DNA of 64,000 nucleotides. Source: Sporopachydermia quercuum (taxonomy: Eukaryota). The stretch lies in NCBI GenBank assembly GCA_001599295.1, contig BCGN01000004.1, positions 190,138-254,137 of the forward strand. The letters run 5' to 3'. Below, piece after piece: positions 39,871 to 52,210 of this stretch. A program made the translations under genes and the position numbers. The notes under the pieces were generated by a model, which worked only from the letters and a program-made list of their open reading frames with translations, was not told the DNA's origin and did no database searches. Position 1 is the first letter of the stretch, and the number at the start of each line of letters is the position of its first letter.

Positions 39871-40832
39871 AAGTTTGACGATACTTGTTTTACCTCCTTT
39901 TATGTATGGTGGTAGATGTTAGTAAAAGGTGAATGCGTTCTGGTAGTGTGGTGATTATAATCGGTAGTGCTCAACGTTTGAGCTCGAGGTACGACTTATA
40001 TCACCGTGAAAATAACAGAGATACTGGCTGAGACGGGGCGTACGGACACGAGAGGATTACTCCATAATAAATGCAAGTTTAATAGCCATAGTAATAACAA
40101 TAATAATAATTAATAATAAGACTCTTGAAGCAACGTGCAAGTAATGAATAAGCCAGTGTATTGATTGTTCTCATAGTACTATGATAGAAAGTTATTAGAT
40201 CTACTTCGATACAAACATACTATAGCATAATTCATGTTATCAATTTGATCATATCCTATACCATTATGACAAATATACTTAAGAGATGAAGCTAAGCAAG
40301 CGATCAGTTCGTCATCAAATCTTCCTGAACACCTGAGTCAAATGTACGATAAATTGCAGGAACATCATCATATTTACCTGATTTGAAATCCTGTGGAATA
40401 CTCTTCCGAGTACCACTACCAACAATCTTCAAATTGCAATATCCTCTAACGCTTTCCATTCTTCTCAAGCAAAATTCAGTTCTCCCATTGATAATGCAAC
40501 TGGCCGTCTAGGTCATTTTTTTCTAAAATCATCTTGACCTTTCAAACTATTTATCCTGTTTTCCTTCATATTCGTCTATAAAACTTTTCATCTCAATCAA
40601 TTCAATTAGCAGAACCGCTTTACCCTATCTCATCATACCTAAACGCTAGCCAATCATCTTACTAATGCTAGATATCATACAGAATTAGTATTTTCGTTCT
40701 TTTCCTCTTGACTGTAGTAGTCTTAGATTTGTGGAATTTATACTGGTATTTAAACTGGTATTCATATTAGTAGTATACCGATCAAATACCTCTATCATAC
40801 TATTCATCCATGTTGTACATATTTTATAGAAA

Positions 40833-41879
40833 TCACAGTTGCTGATCTCTTCTGTNTAGTTTGTCATTAATAATTAGAGCATCTAATAGCTCATCGTGTT
40901 CTTCGCAAGGAATTGACTCAACTAATTGAGTTTCTAAACCAACAGCAACTAAATAGTTAAAATCTGTTAGCATTATATGTGTAACTACAACACATACCGC
41001 AATATACACCGATATAAGACAACTGATATCTATCGATATATTATGAGGTTCNGCTACCATAATGGGCTCCTGGTAATCGTACATACCTTTAAAAGGATTG
41101 CCCTTTTTTGCATTGTTTTCAATGAATTCACGATAGGTTCTGAAATAAGTATCATAGTACCCTTTTCCATGTCCTATTCTTTGAAAGTGCCTATTGAATG
41201 CAACTCCTGGTACTATTATCAAATCCAGGCCCTCGCTATTCAATGCTAGATGTATAAATGTCAGTATGGAGAACATAGAAGACAGAACATAGACAATCTG
41301 CTATTCGCATTCCTGTGGATGCATTCAAAGATGTCGGTACTCTCCCAAACAGCATTTCATATAGGTAATAATGCTGTGTAATGCTCCCCTGGTAAACACT
41401 TCACTGTAAAGCACCATTCAGTTCATTTGCTATCTACAGCTTAAACAAAAGAAAATCTGCTCATTATAATCCAACTGCGACACATCTCCTTATTTTTATT
41501 ACAAAATTTTTTAAAACATACCGTCATATTGCTTATCATAAATAGGTTCTCTTATTTTATATTTGCCTTTTGGTTCTAACCCCTCATAATCAGATAGCGA
41601 CTTTATCCTAACCATTGACATATGCCTACCATTTGAGTATACAATTGGTAAGTATACGTTCTTGCCGTGGTTGAAAGCAGCTTTGATCATCAAATCAGTT
41701 TCAACTTCATTATCTAAATGAGCATAAAATGCGATATTCGTGGCTTTTTTGTATTCAGGTAAAGAATGAAGAATATATGATATGTTAGATGATTGTCGTT
41801 TGATCTCACTTGGAGTCAGTGTGCGTAGCAGTTTCGATACTTCCTGACGAAGAGCCTTTTTCGAATGCGCTATACTCAT
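40833..41879 (-). CDS. FAU1: 5-formyltetrahydrofolate cyclo-ligase, 3 exons
   Basis: Exons 41879-41522, 41245-41087 and 40948-40833. Both introns start GTATGT, with branch points TACTGAC and TGCTAAC and TAG acceptors. The spliced product has KKALRQ, EVETD, LDLIIVPGVAF, RIGHGKGYYD and EEHD..LD. Confidence 0.9.
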
Positions 41880-42728
41880 TAGAAGGACCAGTATGCTTGA
41901 GAAAGGGGAAAGAGTTTTATATGAAGCTGATGAAGAATACTTGAAATACCTTACATTCAAGCAGTATCAAATACCTCTCAACTCTAGGAACTCAATTGAT
42001 AAGGCACTAGGCAAGAGTGAAAATCCTAGGCAAAACCTCAGGCATACAAGCCAGATAAGGGAGAAAGAGCTTTAGCTGAGAGGAGATTCATCGTTACAGA
42101 AGTTGTTTATTGATTATGTTAACTGAAATCAGTTTTTAGCCGATACCCGATATAGAAACAATCTCACCAACTATTGCGATAAAAGTCTTACGTATATATA
42201 TACATATGCATGAAAGTGCAGTTAAAGTGCAGAATTGTTAACCTAATCTCAGGCTGGTAACTGACCAGATGAGAGACGAAAAGATAAGGAGTGGCTATAT
42301 TTGGAGGGATTCTATGAGAGTAAGACTACGGGGCTTAGAGATATTAGCAGATATGAGATATTTCAATTTTGCTACTTACTGTTTATGGGAAAGAATTCTG
42401 GTTAGTATTCTTGTCAAGCTGAAAGTTGAAGCTTGATTGTTTGATATTGAAATGGACAATGTATGCTGGACCTAGGTGTATTCTGTGAATCTTCCTAGAA
42501 TTAAAATGATTCGCATTCGCTGTATTCAATGACCAGCAAGTATTATCATACTTCAATTCCATCAACAGAACTTATATTGCGGTAAACGAATTCATGATGG
42601 ATTAAATAAACTCCTTATCACTTCTCGTTTCCAATTTCAAGTTTCCCCATACAATGATACACAGCTCATCTAGATTCGAGAAACCCGGAATCAGAATCCC
42701 ATTTGACTTTCTTGCTTTCCCAGTTTCG

Positions 42729-42763
42729 GTAATAAGCAATTCAACAGTTGAATTGCTTATTAC
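42729..42763. repeat. Perfect 17-bp inverted repeat with 1-nt spacer
   Basis: GTAATAAGCAATTCAAC-A-GTTGAATTGCTTATTAC. Confidence 0.9.
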
Positions 42764-43642
42764 TGATTAGTATTTTTTGTAGGAATTTCAAGGTGATTCA
42801 ATAGAAAGATTGTGAGTTGCTCCGAGAATATAGCCTTACGGTTTAATGCAATAGTTAACTCCGATCAACTCGAGCAGTGTCCTATTGTCTATTTACGTTA
42901 ATTTGGTACAATTGTTCATAGACAAGCAATACAAGATGAACATTCAAACACTATAGATATCAAAAATAAGTTTATTTTGACTTATTTCTCACTTTAATTT
43001 ATTCAATCATTCAGTTATTCAGTCATTTAGTCAATATAGTCTTACCTTGCACTCCAACTTAAACCTCCATCTTCCAATTACTCACGCAACTGTTTGAATT
43101 TCATCCAAATTCATCTACACTCTACTAATTCCTCTAACTTGCATTTAATTGAGATTTTTATAGCATTTTTATCACTCATTTTTCTTCAAAGGTACTCGAT
43201 AATTACTCATTATCTCCTCCTCTTCTCCACACCTTCTTCGATTCATGTCAATTCCTATTCCGCAAAGAGAGCGGTTTTCAACGGCTATCGGTTGAAATTT
43301 TTCATTCTTGCCTAATCGGGAATTTTTTCTGTTCGCCCCACTCATGTAATGTAAACTCGGCTTTTTCATGCACGATTCTTAAATCACGCATTACGTACAC
43401 TCACTCGATTTTATTCATTTCCCGTTGCAAATTTTTCACTCGGCAACGTTTTTCCTATGGTTTTCCATCAAATCCGCATAATAATTCCCATAATTCCCAT
43501 ATTATAACCACTTTATCTCATTCGAAACCCCAACTCTGACATATCTCAAAGTACCGAAAGCAAACTTATGCAATTCATACTCTACGTACATTCTTACTCG
43601 AACCCACTTCTCTTCAATTACTCATCCTATCCAATCAGTCAA

Positions 43643-43649
43643 TGAGTCA
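43643..43649. promoter_or_regulatory. Gcn4-type site upstream of the branched-chain aminotransferase
   Basis: TGAGTCA about 300 bp upstream of an amino-acid biosynthesis gene. Confidence 0.45.
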
Positions 43650-43947
43650 ATCAATCGTAACGCCCTACTGATCAAGTACTGTTTCTTATCTAGCAAGCAA
43701 ACAATTAGTCATTGATCCATCAATATTCCATCAATACGTATTATTCGCTGCTAATTTAACGTTTATACAAAGTTAATTACCAGTGTTTTCATATCATCAA
43801 CTACAAGTCCAAGCGCTGACCTGCAAGCTTTTTGAGTTGGTTCTTGTCACGCTTTCTTCCTTACCTTATAAAGCTGGCCTGGGCCTGATTCTTTTCTAGG
43901 ATTATTTTCACTTCCTTTCCTTCTCGCTTCTTGTTTTATCTTTCATA

Positions 43948-45249
43948 ATGTCACTATTGCGTACATCTACAAAGGTTCCTTTAAGAGTATTATCTTCATT
44001 CAGTTCAAAGTGGATATCTAGAGGATTATCACCAATCCCTTCATCACATATAAACAACAACAGTACTGATATTACTAGTTGCATCAAAATGACTGTTGAT
44101 ACGAAAAATCTACAAACGTTGGCCCGACCTGCCGGTGGGGCACCTTTAGACCCTTCTAAATTGGAAATCCGGAAAACAACTAAACCCAAGGAAAAACTAC
44201 CTGCTGAACAGCTGGTATTTGGTCAAACTTTTACCGATCATATGCTTTCTGTCGAATGGGACGCTGAAACTGGCTGGCATGCTCCTCAAATTGTCCCTTA
44301 TGGACCTTTGTCACTTGATCCTTCTGCTTGCGTGTTGCATTACGCNTTTGAATTGTTTGAAGGTATGAAAGCTTANAGAGATAATGAAGGTAAGATCCGT
44401 ATTTTCCGCCCTGATAAGAATATGGAACGAATGAACTCATCAGCAGCAAGAATCTGCTTACCAACTTTTGATTCTGAAGCATTAATCAAGTTGATTGGTG
44501 ATTTGATCACCGTTGATAAATCATGGGTTCCCGAAGGTAAAGGCTATTCATTGTACATTAGGCCTACATTGATTGGAACCACAGCAGGTTTAGGAGTAGG
44601 AACTCCTGACAAGGCCTTATTATACGTAATCACTTCTCCTGTAGGACCATATTATGCAACTGGATTCAAAGCTGTGCGATTAGAAGCTACCGATTACGCT
44701 GTTAGAGCATGGCCTGGTGGTGTTGGTAATAAGAAGCTTGGTGCTAATTATGCTCCTTGTATATTACCACAACTTGATGCTGCATCAAGAGGATATCAAC
44801 AGAATCTCTGGTTATTTGGTGATGAAAAGTACATCACTGAAGTTGGAACAATGAATGCTTTTTTTGTTTTCAAGGATTCTAAGACCGGTAAGAAAGAACT
44901 TGTGACTGCTCCCTTAGACGGAACCATTCTTGAAGGTGTGACTCGTGATTCTATTCTTACTTTAGCTAGAGAAAAACTTGACAGCAGTGAATGGGATGTT
45001 TCTGAAAGATATTACAGCATCAATGAAGTCATTGATAGAGCNAATAAGAAGGAGTTGGTGGAAGCTTTTGGTTCAGGTACTGCAGCAGTCGTTTCACCTA
45101 TCAAGGAGATTGGATATCATGACACAACTGTTGAAGTTCCATTACAACCAGGCAAACAAACCGGTGAATTGACTGAAAAAGTGGCTGAATGGATTGGAAA
45201 AATCCAATATGGTGAAGAAGCACATCCATGGAGTGTAGTTGTTGCTTAG
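43948..45249 (+). CDS. BAT1: Branched-chain amino acid aminotransferase
   Basis: FTDHML, LHY..ELFEGMKA, YIRPT, KLGANYAP, EVGTMN, ILEGVTRDS, FGSGTAA. Presequence-like N-terminal 47 aa. Confidence 0.95.
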   Translation: MSLLRTSTKVPLRVLSSFSSKWISRGLSPIPSSHINNNSTDITSCIKMTVDTKNLQTLARPAGGAPLDPSKLEIRKTTKPKEKLPAEQLVFGQTFTDHMLSVEWDAETGWHAPQIVPYGPLSLDPSACVLHYXFELFEGMKAXRDNEGKIRIFRPDKNMERMNSSAARICLPTFDSEALIKLIGDLITVDKSWVPEGKGYSLYIRPTLIGTTAGLGVGTPDKALLYVITSPVGPYYATGFKAVRLEATDYAVRAWPGGVGNKKLGANYAPCILPQLDAASRGYQQNLWLFGDEKYITEVGTMNAFFVFKDSKTGKKELVTAPLDGTILEGVTRDSILTLAREKLDSSEWDVSERYYSINEVIDRXNKKELVEAFGSGTAAVVSPIKEIGYHDTTVEVPLQPGKQTGELTEKVAEWIGKIQYGEEAHPWSVVVA

Positions 45250-46231
45250 GGTAGATAAAGTGTATTAGATTAGAATGGAAGCCTCTTGAGGTTTATTATA
45301 ATACAGTGTATGTATATTGAAATGTTGTAGACGAAGAATTTGAATGGAAAGGTCAATTTGAGTGGAAGAAAGGTAGATTCGTTTTGAATGTTCCGAGTAA
45401 TCTACTGAATTCATGTGGAAGTGGTAAAATCTTACGGAAAAGCTTTTAGATCTGTATTCTTGCGAGAAAAAAGAATAAAATAAAGCTGAACAATAGAGCA
45501 AAATNCGAGCTGATCCCGAGCCGATTATAGCCGACTTTAGTTCAAGAAGCTATTGTAGGCTCGGATTCTACCGAAACATCTGAAGTCACCGTTAGACACA
45601 TTTTGATTGTTCACCCCGTCTTGATTCAACACCTCTCAACCCCACTATCTTAATTCCTACAGTCCACCAGTCCCATTGATTTTACTGTCCTCCGTCTTCC
45701 GTTATTTATTCCGATTTCCACTCACAGCTTACAAGTGTCCCAAAACACGCTCCCATCTTGCATCTTCCACATACTTCATTTCCAAATTTCAGGTCTCATC
45801 TTTTCCGTCCCATATCCCACAATTCGTATTCCAGAACACTCACTTACTACCACCCCATGTCTATCACAAAATCAATTGATCTTAACCACAAACCAATCCC
45901 ATCGATGCCGTAAACAAACCCTTCTTTCTCTACAAACAACTATTCAACTTAACCACTGGAATGCTGCATATCCTCGAATGTCAAATACTTGTTGTTCATT
46001 AGTTAAAACATTAACAGACTTCTTGAAATAACTCACAGGAATCATCCGTTTCCCATAGTAAATGAAGNTCTGGAAACTTATTTTTAGATAAAACTAAGTA
46101 AACTGAAATATCTAGCTAATTGGTCTCACACAGATCAAAGAACTTTCAACTAACAACTACTACTGAGAGTGCCCAAACATCAGTCCCCAAACACCTTCAT
46201 ATAAATTTTCATATTCGCACAGCTCTTTACT

Positions 46232-47651
46232 ATGGCATTTCTATTCAAACGGAATCCCAGAACACCTTCAGAAGTAGTGAAAGCGCTCAACGATCAGTTG
46301 TTGAAACTAGACAGCTCGGAACGGAAAAAAGCTCTAGAAGACACTACCCGGTGCCTGAATCAAGTGAAAGTAGCGTTGTTTGGTGACGAAGACAACGAAC
46401 CGATAGCTGACCAAACAGCAGCAACGGCTCAAGAACTTTTTGCTACTGATACTCTGGTGGAACTAATTGCAGTGTTGCCTTTGTTAGAGTTCGATTCAAG
46501 AAAGCACGTACTGAGCATATATTCCGGACTATTAAGGTGGAAAATAGGAAGCCGATGTCCTACGGTAGAATATATATGCAACAAGCATAAAATAATATCC
46601 ATGTTGATTAAACAGCAGGAGGATAATAAGATATATTTGATAGCAGGGCCACTATTACGAGAATGTATCAAGCATGAGCAACTATCGTCCCTAGCATTAA
46701 ACTCTCCTTTATTCTGGAACTACTTTTCTTATTGTCAATTGAACTCATTTGAAGTTGCAACTGATGCATTTTCAACGCTAAGAGATTTGCTGACGCTTCA
46801 TCCAAAGTTAGCGAGTGCGTTTTTTGATAAGAATATGAACAATGTAAGTTAACGTGATGAGAATAACAGGCTGCTATATGATGATACGTCATCTTATGTT
46901 ATTATGCTAGATAATACTAACAGATTCTAGTTTATTGCTCATATCAATGGGCTTATCAGTTCGGATAATTATGTCACAAGAAGACAATCAATTAAGGTAT
47001 GTTACTNATCCTGTGTAGAAGTATCATGTTATTCTTACGAAGAGTCATTCCGCATATTGATTCTATATACTTTATTCCGAGCTTAGCTCAGATAGGACAT
47101 AGAATTTATGCGTAAATATTGAAATTCTGGGATGCTGAAGTTATGAATTATTCTATTCTGTTCTATGAGAACGTCTTCGTGGCTGTTTGCTAGCTTCAAC
47201 AAATCACTCTTTATCTACTAACAATTCACAGCTACTAGGAACGCTGATTCTCAACAGATCGAACCATAGACTACTCACAACCTACGTTGACTCACCGGAA
47301 AACCTCAAGTTAGCAATGATTCTTTTAAACGATAAAAGTAAAAACATCCAGTACGAAGCATTCCATGTATTCAAGGTGTTTGTTGCTAACCCCAGAAAAT
47401 CAAAACCTGTAACTGATATTCTAATCAAAAATAAAGAACGGCTAATTTATTTCCTACAACATTTTAGTGCAGGAAGAAAAGATGACAACCAATTTACAGA
47501 GGAGAAAGAGTTTCTCATCAGGAATATTCAGTCTCTCCCATCAATTGTTACAGATCCTACGTTATCTGGAGCTTCTTCTGCATCTACTTTCACAAACTCA
47601 TCACCAACTAATCCAGCAGCTGTCTTCCCTAATAGCTCGCAGCTTCAGTGA
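46232..47651 (+). CDS. HYM1: Mo25/Hym1 RAM-network scaffold, 3 exons
   Basis: Exons 46232-46843, 46931-46996 and 47232-47651. Introns GTAAGT..TACTAAC..TAG and GTATGT..TACTAAC..CAG. The splice gives FEVATDAF...NYVTRRQSIKLLG...IQYEAFHVFKVFVANP. Confidence 0.95.
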
Positions 47652-49173
47652 GGTAATGTGATTTGTTAGTTTCAGGAGATTCTGGTACACATAAAAACAG
47701 TGTAGATCGTTGCAGGAAATGTTGCTCATACTGTTAGTCGAACTGTTTTCCATATTAATGTAGTCCTTACATTTACATTCACGTTCTTCGTCTGCAATTG
47801 ATAATCATTATTACCAGCTGACAATACTAATTCAAATAATAATAATCATGTCCTTACTGTTGCTAGAATGCTATGTTTTTATTTTTCTCCCTATTGAGTA
47901 GAAAATTGCACGCTATGTACAATGCGCAATTCCATAAAAAGTTTAAATAGAGCTTTATGGAGCTTATAGACATTAGAGTCTGGAAGCCGGTAAACGATAC
48001 TTGTTCGTTCTATCGANATCAGTTTCCAGTTTCAATTGAAGCTAACTCTTGTTCTACTATTCGTTATACGATCGATAACCATTGCTGTCACTTTTGATAC
48101 TATAACGCCTATAGTCCTGACTCAATCGTCTTTACTTTTAAACTCTATGAACCTTCTTTCTTCATCGTTCGCCTTATTCTTAGTTTTCTCTTCTTTAGTC
48201 GAAGCAAAAACATTGTATGGTTGACGTTCTTTACTTTTTTACAGTCCTAGCACAGGCTAGCAATAAGGAATCGATAGATTGATAACGTTGTTAGTTAAAA
48301 AAGTGACTAGGTTTAAAGCCGTTGGAAATTGCATTAATAATAGGAAGCGGCTTTTCCGGAAGAAAACTCTGATTGATCTCCGACTAGGTTCAGGGTTCAG
48401 ATCTACAATGGAAATATCTTCTTGATTAAAGAGCAATTTTTCATTATATGACCTTACACTCGAATGGCTAGCTCGAGTGTGATTTTAACTACGGACTGAT
48501 TGTTTCTTTGGTATATTGTGGATATGGAAATAGTTCTTGCCTGTCCTTCATTTATCTTCATTAGCTATGGTGTACAATCAGTATTCATATATCAAATGTT
48601 AACTGAGAACCGTTTATTGTTGTTGATATTTTGAATTTTGTCACGTTGTGAGAGGTATATTAGTAGAGATAGTAAATATCTGATATCTGATATCTCTTTA
48701 GGTAGATAGATCTCTTGGAATCATTCACTCCATGTGTGATCATACTCATCCCTTATTTTATATTGATAATCTATGGAAGGTTCTACTACCAGCCTGCTCT
48801 AATAACAATTATTTGACTAAAAAGTGCAATTTCTGCATTAATGGTAAGTTTTGACAGGTTTTCGCCCATCTAGTCGATTTTTTCCCTCATTAATAGTAGA
48901 TACCAAGATGATGATCAACGGTACATCGTCGGAAGCGAGTCTTGTTTTAAAATAAAGTTGGGTCACTGGCTAAACTAGTTTAATAAATGAAAAGTTAATT
49001 TCTTGTTACTGAAACCGTTAACTTTATTCTATATGCGAGTCAGATTAGATTACATAATCAAGGGACTTGGAATGAAATTTGAGCTCTTATCTGGGAGACA
49101 ACAAATAAAGAACTTATGATTTTCTAAACTATGGTATGGATTATATCTTTGAATTCAGTTGCTGTAAGTAGCG

Positions 49174-49229
49174 ACATCACACGTCATATACCCTTATAAC
49201 CACATCACATGTCATATACACTTATAATC
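49174..49229 (+). repeat. Imperfect 28-bp tandem duplication
   Basis: ACATCACACGTCATATACCCTTATAACC / ACATCACATGTCATATACACTTATAATC (3 mismatches). Confidence 0.8.
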
Positions 49230-49886
49230 ACTTGCTATCAATTTACAGTTTTTGGCCACACGTCTAAATGTGACTAAGACTCACGCTTATTTTAAACTCT
49301 AAAAAGGAATCGTCTAGAAAAATAAACCTTAAATCCCTTATTCTATCGTTTTTCAATGAGCTTAAATCATCACATCGGGATGAAATCTCTGCAACTATTC
49401 ACCATCTCATTCAAAATAAGAAGAAGAACTTTATTTAAAGTTCACGTACATTAGTCAGATTTTGAACCTTATCCTCTGTTCTTCTCAACGGAAAATGGGT
49501 TCCTGACAGATGACTATTGGAAATGAGAACTAATCTCATCGTCATGCTCTTGCAGTGTATCAAGACCATAATAATCAAACCAGGCAATTATTACTACTCA
49601 TCTCTATCAGAAACAATTCAGTTTTCACCTAGATTCAGAATTCTATATATACTTCTCAATTGACCCTAATTCGAAATCTTATGAGTTCATATTTTTTACT
49701 CTCACTCTTATTTGGTTATCATTATCCAATAACTGGAATAACAATTAAACGTCTATAAAGCGATAGCAAAGTGTCAAAATCACTAAGCGTTAAAGGACTA
49801 TAAAGCGAGTTACTATACAAGTCGTATCGACTATAAACAAAACAAAACAATTAAACCTGTCAAAGAAACAGTAATCTCAATTAGTC

Positions 49887-50741
49887 ATGTCGGGATACAT
49901 CAGAGCAGGAAACGAGGCAATTGAGGTGAATCCACCAACTGGATTGGACATCCACATTACAAGCGATGGTTCAGATTGGTTATGGACCATGTTTTCATTG
50001 CTCGGTCTAACCTCTGTTGGTCTTATTGCATTTACTTATTATAAACCACCAGAGAAGAGAGCTATGTTCTATAATACCATTGGTTCTACATTCGCGTTGA
50101 TGATTGCTTATTTTACAATGGCTGCAAACTTGGGTTGGACAGGAATTCAAGCTGAATTTAATCATGTTACAGTTTCTAATTCATCTTCTGTTCCTGGTAT
50201 CAGACAAGTGTTTTATGCTCAATGGGTTGGCTATTTTTTCGCCTTCTCATTTACGGTTGCTAACTTATGTTTATTAAGTCAAACAGCAGTTCATCATTTA
50301 GTATTCAACATTGTTGCAACTATGGTTTACGTTGTTTCCTTGTTGATTGCCTCGTTGATCAAATCAACTTATAAGTGGGGTTATTTTGTCTTTGGTGTTG
50401 TTGCTTATCTATTAGTTGCTGCTAATTTACTCACCAATGTAAGAGTCTCCGCTACTGAAGAATCGAAGAAGACCTATACTATGTTTGCAAGTCTTGTTAC
50501 ATTCTTCTGGTTTATCTATCCGATCTGTTTCGGTTTATCTGAAGGTGGTAATGTCATTCAACCAGATTCTCAAGCTGTTTTCTACGGTGTTTTAGATTTC
50601 TGTCTATTTGTTGTTTACCCAATCTGGTTCGTCTTGTCAGGTACCAAATTTGCTCCGAAGTTAGATTTCGTCCATAGAGAGAAGCATTTTGCTGAAGAAC
50701 CAAGAACCTCAGGTGAAACTCAAGTTGAAGCCCAGGTTTAA
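49887..50741 (+). CDS. Opsin-related 7-TM protein (Hsp30/Yro2/Mrh1 family)
   Basis: GNEAIEVNPP, HITSDGSDWLW, YFTMAANLGWTGIQAEF, YKWGY, YPICFGLSEGGNVIQPDS. No retinal-binding Lys in helix 7 (LDFCLF). Confidence 0.9.
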   Translation: MSGYIRAGNEAIEVNPPTGLDIHITSDGSDWLWTMFSLLGLTSVGLIAFTYYKPPEKRAMFYNTIGSTFALMIAYFTMAANLGWTGIQAEFNHVTVSNSSSVPGIRQVFYAQWVGYFFAFSFTVANLCLLSQTAVHHLVFNIVATMVYVVSLLIASLIKSTYKWGYFVFGVVAYLLVAANLLTNVRVSATEESKKTYTMFASLVTFFWFIYPICFGLSEGGNVIQPDSQAVFYGVLDFCLFVVYPIWFVLSGTKFAPKLDFVHREKHFAEEPRTSGETQVEAQV

Positions 50742-52210
50742 TCTCTAACTAGAGAAAGAGCAGTTTACCGTTCAGATAAACAAAAATTTATGTTTCGATG
50801 TTTCTAATGAATGTATGGAATGAAGAAATGGATATCAACTAGCTGGCCTGAGTGACCCGATTTCTTAATTATGTATTGTATTATCTTTTGTTTCACACTA
50901 AGTGATCATTCGACAAGTCTAGCGTAACGATAGCCATGATTAATAAATTTAATGTTACAATAAATCAAGTAATACCTTGTAGATTGAATGGAGCGAGTTA
51001 TAGGTTGTGATAGATCATTGAAAGGGTTGCATTCATTCATAATTAGACGTTGATCTGTAAAATGGAAAAATAGCATTTAAAAATAGCCCTTTCACATAGC
51101 ATATGGCAATGAAAAGTAGGAGTTGACTGGTTGGAAACAGTAGGTGCCAATAAGAATTGGAATCAAATCTTAAAATTCTGTGAAATACAGTAAAGTCCAG
51201 TATATTACAAATAACTCTCTCTGACGATAGATATACTGCAAGATATATTATTGATATAATATATACATAGCTCAAATTAAGAGGAAAAGGTGCAGAAATA
51301 AAAGTATGTGAGAAAGGAATAAATAAAGCTCAAATAATCCAAACTTAAACTTAAACTTTAACTAGCATTTAAACTGTAATAAATTACGAGGACTCAATCC
51401 TAGCTAGTATCAGATTCTTTCTCTCGGTCTATAAGTCTATTGATGATCGAGAGAAGAAATTTTTTTTTTATTTTTTTTATTTCATAGGAATAAAACATAC
51501 GTTATGAACAATTTGATTCTGAAAATGCTTAATAATGAAAAACAAATGATGTGATTTTCATCTTTGGCTGTCTACAATTAATAGATCATGAATTGCAGTA
51601 GATTTAGATATATCAACAGGAATGTTCTGATCTGCCTGTAGTAGACGGAAGGATTGTATATAGAACTATTATTAATAGTAATAAGCAACAAACAGCGGTT
51701 ATACACCAACTTAGATGCCTTTTATTAGAGATATGTTGACAAATCAGCTAATTGTATAATTCACAAAAACGGAAAACGATAAAAGCGAGGTTATTCATAC
51801 ATATGAACTTCCAACGGCAGCACAATACACTGACATTCTTGTACCAAGTCTACTATTTATCCAAACAGACCAAAATACAGCACATATTAAAAGTTCTTGA
51901 TATTGCAACTAAATATTAAATTTCTTCATCTTTCAGCCTCTAAAAACCGGCTCCTCCTATTTACCATCTCCACCTCCTTTAACACCTTCAACGAGTTCAC
52001 AGCACTCTTCGATCAACCTACACCGGAAACAGCAGTAAGTACACTACTGAACAGTTATCAAATAAGTCGTTATATCCTACTTTACTTTATACTTCACTTC
52101 CACTATTACTCTTAATATTCAAAAGCAATAATAAACACTTTGGCCCATCATTCAATATTCTTCCATGGATTTTGCTGCCTCAACCTAAAGTTACTGTTTA
52201 TAACAAATAA

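Noticed and set aside
39897..40220. Minus-strand GTATGT (40220) and TACTAAC (39924) pair downstream of FAU1
   Set aside because: No YAG acceptor at normal distance and no coding product; chance is plausible.
49887..50741. Light-sensing rhodopsin
   Set aside because: The Schiff-base lysine is absent; this is the ordinary Hsp30/Yro2 type.
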